This document shows positions 27,230 to 34,743 of a DNA stretch of 48,456 bases, one piece after another. Position 1 is the first letter of the stretch. Every line of letters starts with the position of its first letter. The DNA is from Nitrospinota bacterium (GTDB lineage Bacteria > Nitrospinota_A > UBA7883 > JADGGD01): NCBI GenBank assembly GCA_015229165.1, contig JADGCD010000001.1, positions 1-48,456 on the forward strand. The letters are read 5' to 3'. A model generated the notes under the pieces. The model had not been told where the DNA came from and did no database searches. It worked only from the letters and a program-made list of their open reading frames with translations. Made by a program: the position numbers and the translations under genes.

Positions 27230-28684
27230 GTGAGCGGACGACCGTTCGAACCGGACGGCGCCCACTCCCCCGTCGAGAATGTCCCTGCCCCGCTGGACGC
27301 CGTGGTCCGGCGGGTCGCCACCCTTTTCCCCGGCAGCTTTCTGGTCGGCGGGGCCGTGCGCGACCTTCTTATGGGCCGCATTCCTGAGGATTATGATCTG
27401 GCCGTCGCGGGCGACCCGGTCGAGCTTCTGCGTGAAGAGGCCGCCAGCCACCGCCTCGGCTTCGTCCTGCTGGACCCGGATCGGCGCATCGCCCGGATTG
27501 TGGTGAAAGAGCCCCGTCTGACCCTTGACGCCGCGCCGATGGAGGGGGGGAGCGTGGCCGTCGACCTCGCCCGACGCGACTTCACCGTCAACGCCATCGC
27601 CCTGTCATTGCGGGACGGAACCGTCACCGACCTTTTCGGGGGCGTCGACGACCTCCGCCAACGGAGCTTGCGCCCGGTGACAACGGCGATTTTCGCCGAC
27701 GATCCGGCCCGTCTTCTGCGCCTCTACCGTCTGGCGGTCACGCGCGATATGCGCCCCAACGACGATGCGCGACGGATGGCGCGGGAGCAGGGGGCGCTGA
27801 TCGACAGCGTTCCCGCCGAGCGGTTATGGCAGGAGTTGGCGCGGCTCTTCGCCCTCCCCTGCGCCGGGGCGGTCCGTCTGATGGCCGACGACCGGATCCT
27901 CGACCGCCTCTTTCCGGCGCTCTCAATGGGTCGGGGCATGTCCCAGAACCGGTGGCATCACCTCGACGTTTTCGAGCATTCGTTGGCGACCCTGCAAGCG
28001 CTCGACGAGATACTCGCCGATCCGTCGCCGCTGGGGCTGGCGCCTCCCCAACTGGCCGCCCGCCTCGCCGCAGAGATCGCCCACGGCGTTCCCCGCTCGG
28101 TTCCGCTACGGCTAGCGGCGCTGTTGCATGACATCGGCAAGCCCCTCTGTCGAAGTGTGCAGGATGGGGTCGTCCGTTTCTTGCGGCACGACGAGGTGGG
28201 CGACCATCTCGCTTCGCGACGACTACGTGAGCTTGCGGCGCCCAATACCGTGGTAGAGGGGGTCTCCCTGCTGGTCCGAAACCACCTTCGCCCCCTTAAC
28301 GCCCTCCACGAGGGAGCGCTGACCCGTCGCGCCGCGTGGCGGTACGGGCAGGTGATGGGGGCGATGCGGACGGAGGGGGCGTCGCTGGCCTGGGCCGACG
28401 CGCTGGCGACCGGCGGGCCGGCGGTGACCGCCGAGCGACGGGAGCAGGAGCGTCAGGCGTTGAGCGCCCTTTTGCGGGAGGATGAGGCCGCTCCACAGCG
28501 GAAACGGTTTCTCGACGGTCACGCAGTGATGGACCTGACCGGTCTTGCGGAAGGGAGTGCGGTGGGGAGACTCCTTGCGGCGCTGGAAGAGGCGGTCGGC
28601 GTCGGCGAGGTGACGTGCCGTGGGGAGGCGATTGTCTTTGTCCGTACGCTGGCGGCGCAGGAGGCCGGGAAGGATCGCCGTTGA
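27230..28684 (+). CDS. cca: CCA-adding tRNA nucleotidyltransferase / poly(A) polymerase family protein with HD domain
   Basis: GGAVRDLLMGRIPEDYDLAV and RDFTVNAIA (nucleotidyltransferase head), plus HHLDVFEHS...LLHDIGKP (HD). GTG start. Confidence 0.8.
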   Translation: MSGRPFEPDGAHSPVENVPAPLDAVVRRVATLFPGSFLVGGAVRDLLMGRIPEDYDLAVAGDPVELLREEAASHRLGFVLLDPDRRIARIVVKEPRLTLDAAPMEGGSVAVDLARRDFTVNAIALSLRDGTVTDLFGGVDDLRQRSLRPVTTAIFADDPARLLRLYRLAVTRDMRPNDDARRMAREQGALIDSVPAERLWQELARLFALPCAGAVRLMADDRILDRLFPALSMGRGMSQNRWHHLDVFEHSLATLQALDEILADPSPLGLAPPQLAARLAAEIAHGVPRSVPLRLAALLHDIGKPLCRSVQDGVVRFLRHDEVGDHLASRRLRELAAPNTVVEGVSLLVRNHLRPLNALHEGALTRRAAWRYGQVMGAMRTEGASLAWADALATGGPAVTAERREQERQALSALLREDEAAPQRKRFLDGHAVMDLTGLAEGSAVGRLLAALEEAVGVGEVTCRGEAIVFVRTLAAQEAGKDRR

Positions 28685-28708
28685 GGGAGTGAGGTTCTTT
28701 TCCTTCCC

Positions 28709-28741
28709 GTCCGCCCCCCATAGCACCGGCGCGGGGCGGAC
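28709..28741. terminator. 9-bp GC-rich hairpin between convergent cca and cheD-REC
   Basis: GTCCGCCCC-15 nt-GGGGCGGAC sits in the 66-nt gap. No U-tract on either strand. Confidence 0.35.
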
Positions 28742-28750
28742 CTTCGTCCG

Positions 28751-29686
28751 TCAGATGTTGGCGATCTCGCTGGCGTCCCTTTTCTTGACATGGGCGATGG
28801 CGGCCAGCTTGATCTTTGGCCCAAGAATCTTGTTGACCGTGTCGAGCCCCTGATAGAGCTTCAGGTCCTCCTTGTCCACCACGTCGACGGCGCCGATCTC
28901 CTGCGCCCGGAAGCGCATCTTGCTCCCCTTTTGCGCCACTGACGAGACGATGATCACCGGTTTGGGATAGTGGACCATCAGCTTCTTGAGAAACGAGACC
29001 CCGTCCATTTTCGGCATGATGATGTCGAGCGTGATCACGTCCGGGTCGAGTTCGAGTATCTTCGTGCGGGCCTCGAAGGGGTCTTCCGCCTCCCCCACCA
29101 CTTCGATCTCCGGGTCGAGGGAGAGGGCCTTGCGCAGCACCCCCCGGACCGTGGCGGAGTCGTCGACGATCAGCGTCCGGATGCGCCGCCCGGCCAGATC
29201 CCTTTTCTTTGCCTCCTGATGGAGTTTGGTCTCCGACTTGGCGATGTCGCGCACCTGAACAACGCCGGTGTCGTTGTCGAAGTAGATCTTTCGTCCCCCG
29301 CCGCCGACCTGTTGTTCGACGACCGCGACCCCCAGCTCCTTGAGCGTCCGCAAGGCCATCTCGACGTTCTGTTTCCCGAGGTTCTCCTTTTCGAGGCTTC
29401 CGGCGGTCGAGTCTCCCCCACCGTAGATTTTCGCTTCGAGAACGGCGGTGTTCCGGTCGACCTTGAGCATCGCCTCCACCAGCTTGCGGGTGGCGACATC
29501 CCCCGCCTTTCCCGGCGCGTCCCCCGGCGCCCCGGTGGGAAGGAGAAAGTGGTTCATGCCGCCGAACTTTTTGTCCTTGTTGAACAGGCATACCGCCACC
29601 GAGGACCCGAGGAGGGTTGAGATGACGGTCGGTTGCCGGGTGACAGTTATCTCACCGGGCAAGAGAAACACCTGCTTCTTTTCCAT
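28751..29686 (-). CDS. cheD: CheD-like domain fused to a C-terminal CheB-type receiver (REC) domain
   Basis: Residues 1-~148 align with CheD (VISTLLGSSVAVCLFN...GGMNHFLLP...AKIYGGG...). Residues ~168-285 form a receiver very like the CheB N-terminus (IRTLIVDDSATVR, DPFEAR, LDPDVITLDIIMPKMDG, IIVSS, GAVDVVDK). Confidence 0.85.
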   Translation of the reverse strand: MEKKQVFLLPGEITVTRQPTVISTLLGSSVAVCLFNKDKKFGGMNHFLLPTGAPGDAPGKAGDVATRKLVEAMLKVDRNTAVLEAKIYGGGDSTAGSLEKENLGKQNVEMALRTLKELGVAVVEQQVGGGGRKIYFDNDTGVVQVRDIAKSETKLHQEAKKRDLAGRRIRTLIVDDSATVRGVLRKALSLDPEIEVVGEAEDPFEARTKILELDPDVITLDIIMPKMDGVSFLKKLMVHYPKPVIIVSSVAQKGSKMRFRAQEIGAVDVVDKEDLKLYQGLDTVNKILGPKIKLAAIAHVKKRDASEIANI

Positions 29687-29695
29687 CAGATAATC

Positions 29696-31849
29696 CTATC
29701 GCTGAAATTGCTGGACGACGCCGTCGATGGAGAGGATAAGCGCCATATTCCGGCCGTCCAGAATGGAGACGCCGTCGAAGGCCGAAGGCTCCTTCGTGCG
29801 GAGATTGAGCTGCTTGTAGACGATCTGCCGCTGCCCGATCAGCTCGTCCACCACCAGGCAGGCGACGGTTCCTTTCGACTCCACCAGCAGGCAGATGGCC
29901 TCGGTGATGTCGGGGAAGCGGGGGGGGATGTCGAACAGCCGACTCAGGCGGATCACCGGATAGATGTTCCCCCAACGGCGGACCACTTCGCCCTTCCCTT
30001 CGACGGTGGAGACATCCTCCCGCTTGACCCGGAACGACTCCCGCACCTGCTCGGCGGCCACCAGAAAGACCGATTTGCCCAGGGCCAGCGTCAGCCCCAG
30101 CTTGATCCGCGTGGTATAGGCCAGCGGCAGGCGGATTTCGATCTTGAGACCCCCGGTCCGCTTGTTGGAAAGGGAGAGGCTCCCCCCCATCTCCTTGACC
30201 GACGAGAGGAGGACATCCATGCCGACCCCACGGCCGGAGGTCTCGGTGATCTGGGCCGCCGTGGAGAAGCCGGGAAGCAGCATCAGCTCAAGCACCTCCC
30301 GTTCGGCCATCATGCCGCATGCCTCGCGGGAGACGAGCCCCTTCTCCACCGCCTTGTCGCAGATCCGGGTCGGGTCGGCGCCCCGCCCGTCGTCTTCAAC
30401 CACCAGCAGCACCTGGTTGTCCCGGGCGATGGCGGAGATCGAGATTCGTCCTTCCGCCGGCTTTCCCTTTTCCATCCGCTCGTCCGGGGTCTCGATGCCG
30501 TGGTCGCAGGAGTTGCGGACGCAATGGACCAGCATGGTCTCGATCTTGTCCAGCAGGCTCTTGTCGACCTCGGTGTCACCGCCGGTGGCGGAGAGGGAGA
30601 TTTCCTTGCCGCTGTTCTTGGCGATCCCCCGCACGATGGAGGGAAGCTTCGAGTAGGCCCGCTCGAAAGGGGCCTTGCGGATCTGGTAGAGGACGTGCTG
30701 GAGTTGGGTCGACAGCTCGCCGAACGCCTGGTTGGTGTTCTTCAGGTCGGTGGTGAGCCCTTCGGTCTGCTTCTGTTCGAGCTTGCGCTGGATGATGTTG
30801 AACAGTTCGTTTATAGTGATCAGCTCGCCCACATGATCGATCAGCTCGTCGAGGAGCGACTCGTTGATCCTTACCGTCTTTGTCTTTACCGCCGATTCGC
30901 CGCCGGTTGTGGCGCTTTTTCCCTCTTCGACCCGGGCGACGGGAGGGGGGGCTTTCTGTGGTTGCACTTCCGACAAGCCGCTGTCGGCGTAGACCTGCAG
31001 GGCCTCTTCGATGGAGATCACCATCATTTCGTCGATGCCGATCTCGTCCTGATAGAACATCTCGAAGTCGTCTTTGAACTCCTGCAATCCTTCCACCGGG
31101 TCTTCCAGCTCGGCCGACAGGTGTTTTGAAAGGAGCCCGTTGACGGCGTTCATGATCCGTTCGAAGGGGTTGTCGACGAAGGCGCCAGACTTCGCCTCCT
31201 CCACCACCGCCCGCAGGTCGGCGTACTCCTCGGTGACGTCCAGCGTATCGAAGATCCAGCGGACGCCACCTACGGACGCCCCTTTCTTCTGCTCCCGCAC
31301 CAGATCGGGGGCGTAACGGTTGATCAGCTCGTACAGCTCCTTCACCGGATGGTCGGTCTCTTCGAGGAGCCCTTCCTCCCGCATCCGCGCGAAGTAGGAG
31401 ATCAGCTCCCCCCGGAGAACCTCCATCTTGCTTTCGTCGGAATGGACGACGGTCTTGCTTTGCAGTTGTTCGAAGTAGGCCTGCTCATCGTCCCGGATCG
31501 CCACCCCCATCCCTTCGACCCGCAGTCGCCCGGTGATGGCTTTCAGGAAATCGGCGCCGTCGAGAATGAAGTGGACCAGGTCGCGGTCGACGGCGATGGT
31601 TCGTTCGCGGACGAGGTCAAGGAAGCTTTCGAACTGGTGGCAAAAGGTCTGGACCTGGGTAAGGCCGAAGAAGGCGGAGTTTCCCTTGATTGAGTGGGCG
31701 CACCGGAAGATGCCGTGGATGGCCTCCATGTCGTTGGGGTTGGACTCCAACGAAATGGAGAACTGCTCCATCTCGGAGATCATCTCTTCCGATTCTTCGA
31801 GGAACTCCTGATAGAGCTCTTCTTTCGAATCGTCGTCGGTGTCGGACAT
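29696..31849 (-). CDS. cheA: Chemotaxis histidine kinase CheA (P1 Hpt - long atypical linker - P3/P4 - P5 CheW-like)
   Basis: Hpt FRCAHSIKGNSAFFG (His codon 31696-31694), the HATPase G-boxes (GRGVGMDVL...GGSLSL), and a C-terminal CheW-like domain. Start taken at ATG 31849 (MSDTDDD). The track start at 31954 is a GTG that would read through the promoter-like AT box. Confidence 0.9.
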   Translation of the reverse strand: MSDTDDDSKEELYQEFLEESEEMISEMEQFSISLESNPNDMEAIHGIFRCAHSIKGNSAFFGLTQVQTFCHQFESFLDLVRERTIAVDRDLVHFILDGADFLKAITGRLRVEGMGVAIRDDEQAYFEQLQSKTVVHSDESKMEVLRGELISYFARMREEGLLEETDHPVKELYELINRYAPDLVREQKKGASVGGVRWIFDTLDVTEEYADLRAVVEEAKSGAFVDNPFERIMNAVNGLLSKHLSAELEDPVEGLQEFKDDFEMFYQDEIGIDEMMVISIEEALQVYADSGLSEVQPQKAPPPVARVEEGKSATTGGESAVKTKTVRINESLLDELIDHVGELITINELFNIIQRKLEQKQTEGLTTDLKNTNQAFGELSTQLQHVLYQIRKAPFERAYSKLPSIVRGIAKNSGKEISLSATGGDTEVDKSLLDKIETMLVHCVRNSCDHGIETPDERMEKGKPAEGRISISAIARDNQVLLVVEDDGRGADPTRICDKAVEKGLVSREACGMMAEREVLELMLLPGFSTAAQITETSGRGVGMDVLLSSVKEMGGSLSLSNKRTGGLKIEIRLPLAYTTRIKLGLTLALGKSVFLVAAEQVRESFRVKREDVSTVEGKGEVVRRWGNIYPVIRLSRLFDIPPRFPDITEAICLLVESKGTVACLVVDELIGQRQIVYKQLNLRTKEPSAFDGVSILDGRNMALILSIDGVVQQFQR

Positions 31850-31903
31850 CGGTGTCGGGGAGACCTTTGAAGCGGCAGTGGGGAATACGTCGCGATCCGC
31901 AAA

Positions 31904-31911
31904 ATTATAAT
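31904..31911. promoter_or_regulatory. ATTATAAT element readable as TATAAT on both strands in the cheA/tat divergent region
   Basis: aaaATTATAATac. TATAAT is at 31906-31911 on the plus strand and at 31909-31904 on the minus strand. Confidence 0.3.
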
Positions 31912-31985
31912 ACACTTGGGTGACAAGTGAAACGATGGTGACGCGCCCCCCCACGCAGGGCCCCCTTTCCGCAAGGAGTCAAGCG

Positions 31986-32282
31986 ATGTTCGGAATCGGC
32001 ATGCCGGAGCTCTTGGTGATTCTCGCCATCGCCCTGGTGGTTCTCGGACCTGACCGGATACCAGAGGTGGCCCGGACCTTGGGGAAGCTCTATGCGGAGC
32101 TGACCCGTTCGATGCGCGATATGCGGTCGTCGGTTCCCGACCTGGGGCGGGAGTTCCGGGAGGGGGCCGAGACGATCCGCCACCCGGTGAAGGCGGTGGG
32201 CAGGAAAATGGCCGAGTCGCTGCTGGATGAGGAAGAGCCGAAGGCGTCCCCCGGCGATGAGGGGGGCGAGCCGAAAGAGTAG
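31986..32282 (+). CDS. Twin-arginine translocase TatA/TatB-family subunit (TatB-like LGPDRIP hinge)
   Basis: MFGIGMPELLVILAIALVVLGPDRIPEVARTLGK followed by an amphipathic helix and an acidic tail. AGGAG RBS before the ATG at 31986. Confidence 0.85.
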   Translation: MFGIGMPELLVILAIALVVLGPDRIPEVARTLGKLYAELTRSMRDMRSSVPDLGREFREGAETIRHPVKAVGRKMAESLLDEEEPKASPGDEGGEPKE

Positions 32283-32286
32283 CAGA

Positions 32287-32622
32287 TCACCCGACGGAGG
32301 AGACCTGCCCTCCCTTGTCGGAGACCTGGGCCTGAAACTGTCGGGTCAGTTCGGCGCTCTGGGTCTTGGCGGTCTGGCGTACCTTGCTGGCGGAGGCCCG
32401 GTTGCCGTCGGCGAGTTGGTCCACCGGCGAGTTCACATCGCCGACGTTGGTCTGTTTGAGCACGCCGCGGGCGCCGCCGCTGATGATGGCGCCGTCGATT
32501 CCGGGGGTCTTGGCCCTTCCCACCGGTCCCCGCTTTTCGGCCTGCGCGGGGGTGCGGGCATAGGTCGAGGCCTTTGCGATTCGTTCAGTGTCTCCCTGTT
32601 CGCTGATACCAACCTTTGCCAT
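32287..32622 (-). CDS. Hypothetical small hydrophilic, low-complexity protein
   Basis: 111 aa, strong RBS (AAAGGAG 8 nt upstream), high GC3, and a TATAAT (minus strand, 32659-32654) upstream. No family recognised. Confidence 0.5.
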   Translation of the reverse strand: MAKVGISEQGDTERIAKASTYARTPAQAEKRGPVGRAKTPGIDGAIISGGARGVLKQTNVGDVNSPVDQLADGNRASASKVRQTAKTQSAELTRQFQAQVSDKGGQVSSVG

Positions 32623-32653
32623 TTCCTCAACTCCTTTCGCTCATCCGCGACCC

Positions 32654-32659
32654 ATTATA
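32654..32659 (-). promoter_or_regulatory. TATAAT box (minus strand) upstream of the 32622 ORF
   Basis: The reverse complement reads gcgcggTATAATgggtcg and lies about 32 nt upstream of the ATG. Confidence 0.3.
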
Positions 32660-32762
32660 CCGCGCCACGTCGCGCCGAACCTTATCTGTCGTATCGGATG
32701 ATTTCTTCACATCTTGAGCGAGGAACGGAAGATTTTTTGAAAAACATGGACGGCATGTGAAA

Positions 32763-34595
32763 TCAGGGCTTTAAGTCAGCCCTGCAATGGTCGCCGCTCC
32801 GCTTTCCTTCATGACCGAACGGATTATTGTTCAACTCTACCCCCGGATCGCGCTCGAAGCTGGCGCATTCGGCGAAGACGAATTCAGGGCAGGAGCGGCA
32901 TCGCTTGGCGGAAATGTGACCGAGGATGAACGAGAGGGCCTCCGATTTCGAGCAGAAGATGTTCTCGACCCCCACTTGGGCAAGATAACCGCCCCGTAGC
33001 AGAACCCTGCGCACGTCTTCCTTGACGCCGTACAGATAGAGCCGCCCCCCTTTGGCCCGCAACCGGGCGGCTTCGTGGGCCAGCATCTCCCCCCCCGCCA
33101 CGTCGATGAAGTTGACGCCGCTCATGACGATCAGCTTGTGGATTTGATCCGGCTCCCACTCGTCCACCGATTGGAGGACCGACTCCACATGGTTGACCGA
33201 GCCAAAATAGATCGAACCGTCGATGCGCAAAATCTTGACCTGCGGACATTCGGGCAGGTCGGGATCGGTGTAAAAGGGGCGCCCCGGCTGGAACGGATCG
33301 GGAATCCGGGGAACGATCCGGGGCTTGCTGGTCCGGTTCAGATAGAGGATGAGAGACAGCAGAACGCCGACATAGATGGCGAATTCGAGCTCAACGAAGA
33401 GGGTCGAAATAAAGGTGGTGACCAGGACCGCCGCGTCCCCCTTCTCGGCCTTCAGGATAACGTTGATGTGGTGGAAGTCGATCAGGTTGTAAGCCACCAG
33501 CATGACGATCCCCCCCATCGCCGGGATCGGCAGGTAAGCGGCCAGCGGGGCCACCAGCAGCAGGATCACCGCCAACGAGAGGGCGGCGAAGACCGCCGCC
33601 ATGGGGGTGTGGGCGCCGACCGAGTAGTTGAGCCCCGACCGGGTGAAGGAGCCGGAGGAGGCGTAGGAGGAGAAGAACGCCCCGATGATGTTCGAGAGCC
33701 CCTGCCCGATAAACTCTTGGTTTCCGTCGATCCGCTGTCCCGACCGGGTGGCGATGGAGCGGGAGATGGAGACGGCCTCGATGAGCCCAAGCATCGCCAC
33801 GGCGATGGCGCCCGGCGTCAGCTCGCGCAGCGCCTTGGCGGAGAACTCCGGGACCGAGAAGGGGGGGAGGCTGCTGGGGATGGCGCCGACCAGCGCGATC
33901 CCCGTCTCTTCCGGCCCGATGAGTGAGGCCGCCACGGCGCCGACTACCATGGCGATCAGCATGGCGGGCCATCGGGGTTTCCACTTCTTGAACAGGACCG
34001 CCACCGTCAGGGTAAGGATGGCGACAAACAGAACCCAGAGGTTGGTGTCGGCGATCTGGGAGAGAATCTGGACCCATATGTGGAGGAACGACTCTCCCGA
34101 GGGGATCGGCAGTCCCAGGACATGCTTGAGCTGGCTGGTGGCGATGAGGATGGCCGCCCCTGCGGTGAAGCCGACCACCACCGAGTGGGAAATGAAGTTG
34201 ACCAGCGCCCCCATTTTCGCCATACCGAGCGCCGCCTGAAACAACCCGGCCAGCAGGGTCAGGGTCAGGGTCAGGGCGACGAAGGCCTCGGTTCCCGCCT
34301 CCGCCATGGGGGAGATGGTCGAAAAGACCACGATGGAGATGGCGGTGGTCGGCCCGGAGATCAGGTGGCGGGACGAACCGAAAAGCCCGGCGATGATCGG
34401 CGGAATGATGGCGGTGTACAACCCGTAGGCCGGGGGGAGTCCGGAGATCATGGCGAAGGCCACCCCCTGCGGCAGAACCACCACGGCGTTGGTGATCCCG
34501 GCGAACAGGTCGTCCTTCAGGGTCGTCCGGGTGACCAGCGGCCACCAGAGGAGGAACGGGAAGTAGCGGGCAAATGCGGGAGCGTTGCGTTTCAA
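32763..34595 (-). CDS. SulP-family anion (sulfate/bicarbonate) transporter with C-terminal STAS domain
   Basis: DLFAGITNAVVVLPQGVAFAMISGLPPAYGLYTAI..., about 11 TM helices, a STAS region (ILRIDGSIYFGSVNH...), and a Cys-containing tail. The apparent start is TTG. Confidence 0.9.
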   Translation of the reverse strand: MKRNAPAFARYFPFLLWWPLVTRTTLKDDLFAGITNAVVVLPQGVAFAMISGLPPAYGLYTAIIPPIIAGLFGSSRHLISGPTTAISIVVFSTISPMAEAGTEAFVALTLTLTLLAGLFQAALGMAKMGALVNFISHSVVVGFTAGAAILIATSQLKHVLGLPIPSGESFLHIWVQILSQIADTNLWVLFVAILTLTVAVLFKKWKPRWPAMLIAMVVGAVAASLIGPEETGIALVGAIPSSLPPFSVPEFSAKALRELTPGAIAVAMLGLIEAVSISRSIATRSGQRIDGNQEFIGQGLSNIIGAFFSSYASSGSFTRSGLNYSVGAHTPMAAVFAALSLAVILLLVAPLAAYLPIPAMGGIVMLVAYNLIDFHHINVILKAEKGDAAVLVTTFISTLFVELEFAIYVGVLLSLILYLNRTSKPRIVPRIPDPFQPGRPFYTDPDLPECPQVKILRIDGSIYFGSVNHVESVLQSVDEWEPDQIHKLIVMSGVNFIDVAGGEMLAHEAARLRAKGGRLYLYGVKEDVRRVLLRGGYLAQVGVENIFCSKSEALSFILGHISAKRCRSCPEFVFAECASFERDPGVELNNNPFGHEGKRSGDHCRADLKP

Positions 34596-34617
34596 GGGGA
34601 CTCGCTGTTGCGTTTCA
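34584..34617. repeat. 11-bp direct repeat GTTGCGTTTCA x2 (34584-34594, 34607-34617) spanning the SulP start
   Basis: Read directly. The proximal copy contains the TTG start and codons 2-4. Confidence 0.9.
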
Positions 34618-34690
34618 GTCGGAAGTGAATGACAATTCGATGCCTGTCCCGAAAAATCGATTCCCCTGCGGGGGGCGATCTTTCGCTTTA

Positions 34691-34705
34691 CATACGGCCC
34701 GTATG
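34691..34705. promoter_or_regulatory. 15-bp palindrome CATACGG-C-CCGTATG upstream of argS
   Basis: Perfect 7-bp arms, ending 38 nt before the argS ATG, in the SulP/argS divergent region. Confidence 0.25.
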
Positions 34706-34743
34706 GCCGTAGCTTTATCTATTTAGCGTAGCCGAAAGGACCG

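Noticed and set aside
29633-31129. 498-aa plus-strand ORF
   Set aside because: Antisense to cheA, with no recognisable domains.
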